A stretch of DNA of 49,419 nucleotides from Halanaerobiaceae bacterium (GTDB taxonomy: Bacteria; Bacillota; Halanaerobiia; Halanaerobiales; DTU029). Location: contig JAAYLO010000162.1 of assembly GCA_012521855.1 (NCBI GenBank), forward strand, positions 1 to 49,419, given 5' to 3'. Below are positions 47,602-49,419 of this stretch, piece by piece; positions within the stretch are counted from its first letter, which is position 1, and the number at the start of each line of letters is the position of its first letter. The translations under genes were made by a program, and so were the position numbers. Under the pieces are notes generated by a model. The model made no database searches. It was not told where the DNA came from and worked only from the letters and a program-made list of their open reading frames with translations.

Positions 47602-47974
47602 GTTCATTTTATTTATAAAATACCTTCTTTTTATACTTATCTTTCATACTTGATACTCTGAATTAATGTAACACCTTTCAATATCTTTGATAAATTAAAA
47701 GTCTGAACCCCGCTCTTTATATCCCAGTAACACAGATCCAATATAGCGATATCCTTAAGCCCGTCATCATTAAAATCAATAATAAATCAAGATCCTGCTT
47801 TCAACCATTTTATCATCCAGAAAAAAATCCTGAACAAAATCAGCCAGGGGATCATCAATAAGAAAATTAATCTCAGTCAATAATTTTCTGGCCTCCCGGC
47901 CCAGTGTGTTTTCTTTTACTTACAACGGTTTAAATCCAATATTCCGGGATTAATTTCTTTTTTCAGAGATAAAG

Positions 47975-48538
47975 TTGATAGGAATATCTCTTTTTTTTTT
48001 ATTTTATGATCAACTGATTACTAAAAAGATAATCCTTCCTTCTGACATCTCATATTCTACTGTTTACCGTCTATTTAAAAGAGAAGGCCTGCTCTGTAAT
48101 TCTCCACGGCTGGGTATTACCCTTATTCATACTAAACCCTATGATGCAGCCAGCAAAGGGAAAATTGAACACTTCTCCCTCACAGTCAGAAAGAGATTTT
48201 TGCCCCTTTTATGTGATGAGGGCTTATGTCCTCTTGATAATCTCAATAAAAAATTTTCTGCCTGCCTGGAAAAGAACTATCACCGTAAAATCCATTCAGC
48301 TTTAGCTACTACTCCCCTGGATAAATATATGTCACAGATAAACCAGCTTAATGTCATTGAAGACCCGGATAAGCTTAAATTTATCTTTCTTAAACGTGAA
48401 AAACGAAAGGTCAAACATGACCGGATCATTTCCGTCAACAATGAGCTTTATGAAGTCCCGCCAACTCTCATCAGTAAAAGAATCGAGATTCGTTTTGACC
48501 CGGAATCCTTTGAAGATATCTTTTTTAAAAGAAATTGA
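47975..48538 (+). pseudogene. remnant of a DDE (rve/Mu-type) transposase, internally deleted
   Basis: An HTH-like segment (SYSTVYRLFKREGL) joins directly to the end of an rve core (LGITLIHTKPYDAASKGKIEHF). A Mu-transposase-C-like tail follows (RKVKHDRIISVNNELYEVP...RIEIRFDPESFEDIF). Most of the catalytic core is missing. Confidence 0.6.
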
Positions 48539-48544
48539 TTCTAA

Positions 48545-49131
48545 AGACCTTTTCTATCCAATAATTTTAAGGAAACAAAAGCACGTCTTGAGTATCTGAA
48601 AAAGGCCATAGGAATTGCTGTCATTGTCGATGAAACGGGAAGTGGTAAAACCACTTCTCTAAGGGCTTTTGCTGACAGCTTCAATCCTTCTTTATTTAAA
48701 GTGATTTATTTCCCTCTTTCCACAGGTACTGTTATGGATTTCTACAGAGGACTGGGAGAAGAGCCAGCGTCCAGAAAGGTTGAGCTGTTGCAATAGATAC
48801 AATATACTGTCTCTACTCTTTTTCATGTTTTCATGAGCAAAGGATTACTCCTGTCTTTATTCGGGATGAAATGCAGTTTTTTGCTAACAGGTTTTTAAAT
48901 GACTTGAGCATATTGTTTAACTTCTCCATGGATTCTGAGAATCCTTTCATCCTGTTCCTGGCTGGATCGCCTTATTTTCTTGACAAGTTACAACTTAATC
49001 AGTACCAATCTTTAGCTCAAAGAGTAGTAATGAAATATTATCTTAATCCTCTGGGGAAAAACAAAGTCTCCGAATATATTAATCATTAGCTTGAATTAGC
49101 CGGTACCAGACATCCTATTTTTTCACCCTAG
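48545..49131 (+). pseudogene. remnant of an ExeA/TniB-like AAA+ transposition ATPase, with frameshifts and in-frame TAG codons
   Basis: The fragments are ...ETKARLEYLKKAIGIAVIVDETGSGKTTSLRAF... (degenerate Walker A), PVFIRDEMQFF (Walker B-like) and ...FILFLAGSPYFLDKL...YINH*LELAGTRHPIFSP*. They lie in different frames. Confidence 0.55.
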
Positions 49132-49287
49132 GCTAAGGTATTCCTGTATTTTCAGAAGTACTTTTTTTATACTATTTTTATTTGAAATTTTTCCTGTTAT
49201 CCTATTTTATTTTGACTAATTTTTCATTTTACAGGTGCCAGTTATACTAATTTAAAGTGCTAATTTCAGGAATTTTAATTTGCTAAT

Positions 49288-49419
49288 TCACACCTTCTCC
49301 TGGAACCATTGTGCCATTTCCTCCAGGCTCCCCGTGAATTCCACTCCGCTTATCAATTTCATCAGTTCATCATAATTTTTACTCAACTTCCTCACTCCCG
49401 ACTTTATAATAATCCATGA
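49288..49419 (-). CDS. 3' end of an unidentified CDS entering from the right edge (...SKNYDELMKLISGVEFTGSLEEMAQWFQEKV*)
   Basis: An open minus-strand frame of 43 codons to the window edge. Its TGA stop lies inside the candidate transposon terminus. Confidence 0.3.
   Translation of the reverse strand, partial: SWIIIKSGVRKLSKNYDELMKLISGVEFTGSLEEMAQWFQEKV

Larger units (their letters stand above)
47975..49292 (+). mobile_element. decayed Mu/Tn552/Tn7-superfamily transposon relic with a candidate right end
   Basis: The transposase and ATPase remnants above, plus four AATTAG(C/T) repeats (reverse orientation) within 49216..49289. The outer boundary reads ...CACA-3' (5'-TGTG inward). No matching left end was found. 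Confidence 0.45.

Noticed and set aside
1-49419. CRISPR arrays, tRNA/rRNA genes, toxin-antitoxin pairs, and restriction or other defence modules.
   Set aside because: I saw no regularly spaced direct repeats, no cloverleaf-compatible segments in the short intergenic regions, and no small paired ORFs or nuclease, methylase or helicase signatures. The window is dominated by metabolic and housekeeping genes.

Overview
This is an AT-rich window with an anaerobic Bacillota-type gene order (polA-mutM-ytaF-coaE synteny, PFOR, strong GGAGG ribosome-binding sites). The taxon call is inference only. Every intact gene of meaningful size lies on the minus strand. The only plus-strand elements are one 62-aa ORF and a decayed transposon at the right edge.

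Content from left to right:
- two tandem paralogous HTH regulators
- an Opp/Dpp-type ABC operon
- a housekeeping block (SLT lytic transglycosylase, mgsA, coaE, ytaF, mutM, polA)
- a glgB-glgC-glgA plus pullulanase glycogen operon
- a czcD-type CDF exporter with an ArsR/SmtB sensor
- a roughly 21 kb starch/maltodextrin locus: neopullulanase, LacI/MalR-type repressor, GH31 alpha-glucosidase, two GH13 alpha-amylases, a CBM41 pullulanase, MalEFG-like transporter, a GH65 phosphorylase with a second sugar ABC transporter
- pyruvate:ferredoxin oxidoreductase
- a Mu/Tn552-like transposase plus ExeA/TniB-like ATPase relic

I found no CRISPR array, no tRNA or rRNA gene, and no recognisable defence or toxin system. 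I cannot point to a clearly new multi-gene system.

The observations most worth a second look are:
- Two GH13 genes are each interrupted by a single in-frame TGA and are otherwise intact.
- A CAAACGnTTGC operator recurs at three promoters and defines a MalR-like regulon.
- Two tandem regulators combine an HTH with a UTRA-like domain and fit no family I recognise.
- Long perfect stem-loops follow each of the three ABC binding-protein genes.
- Two hairpins sequester ribosome-binding sites.
- A terminator-type hairpin sits 22 nt upstream of the PFOR start codon.
- The transposon relic has a candidate terminal repeat array.
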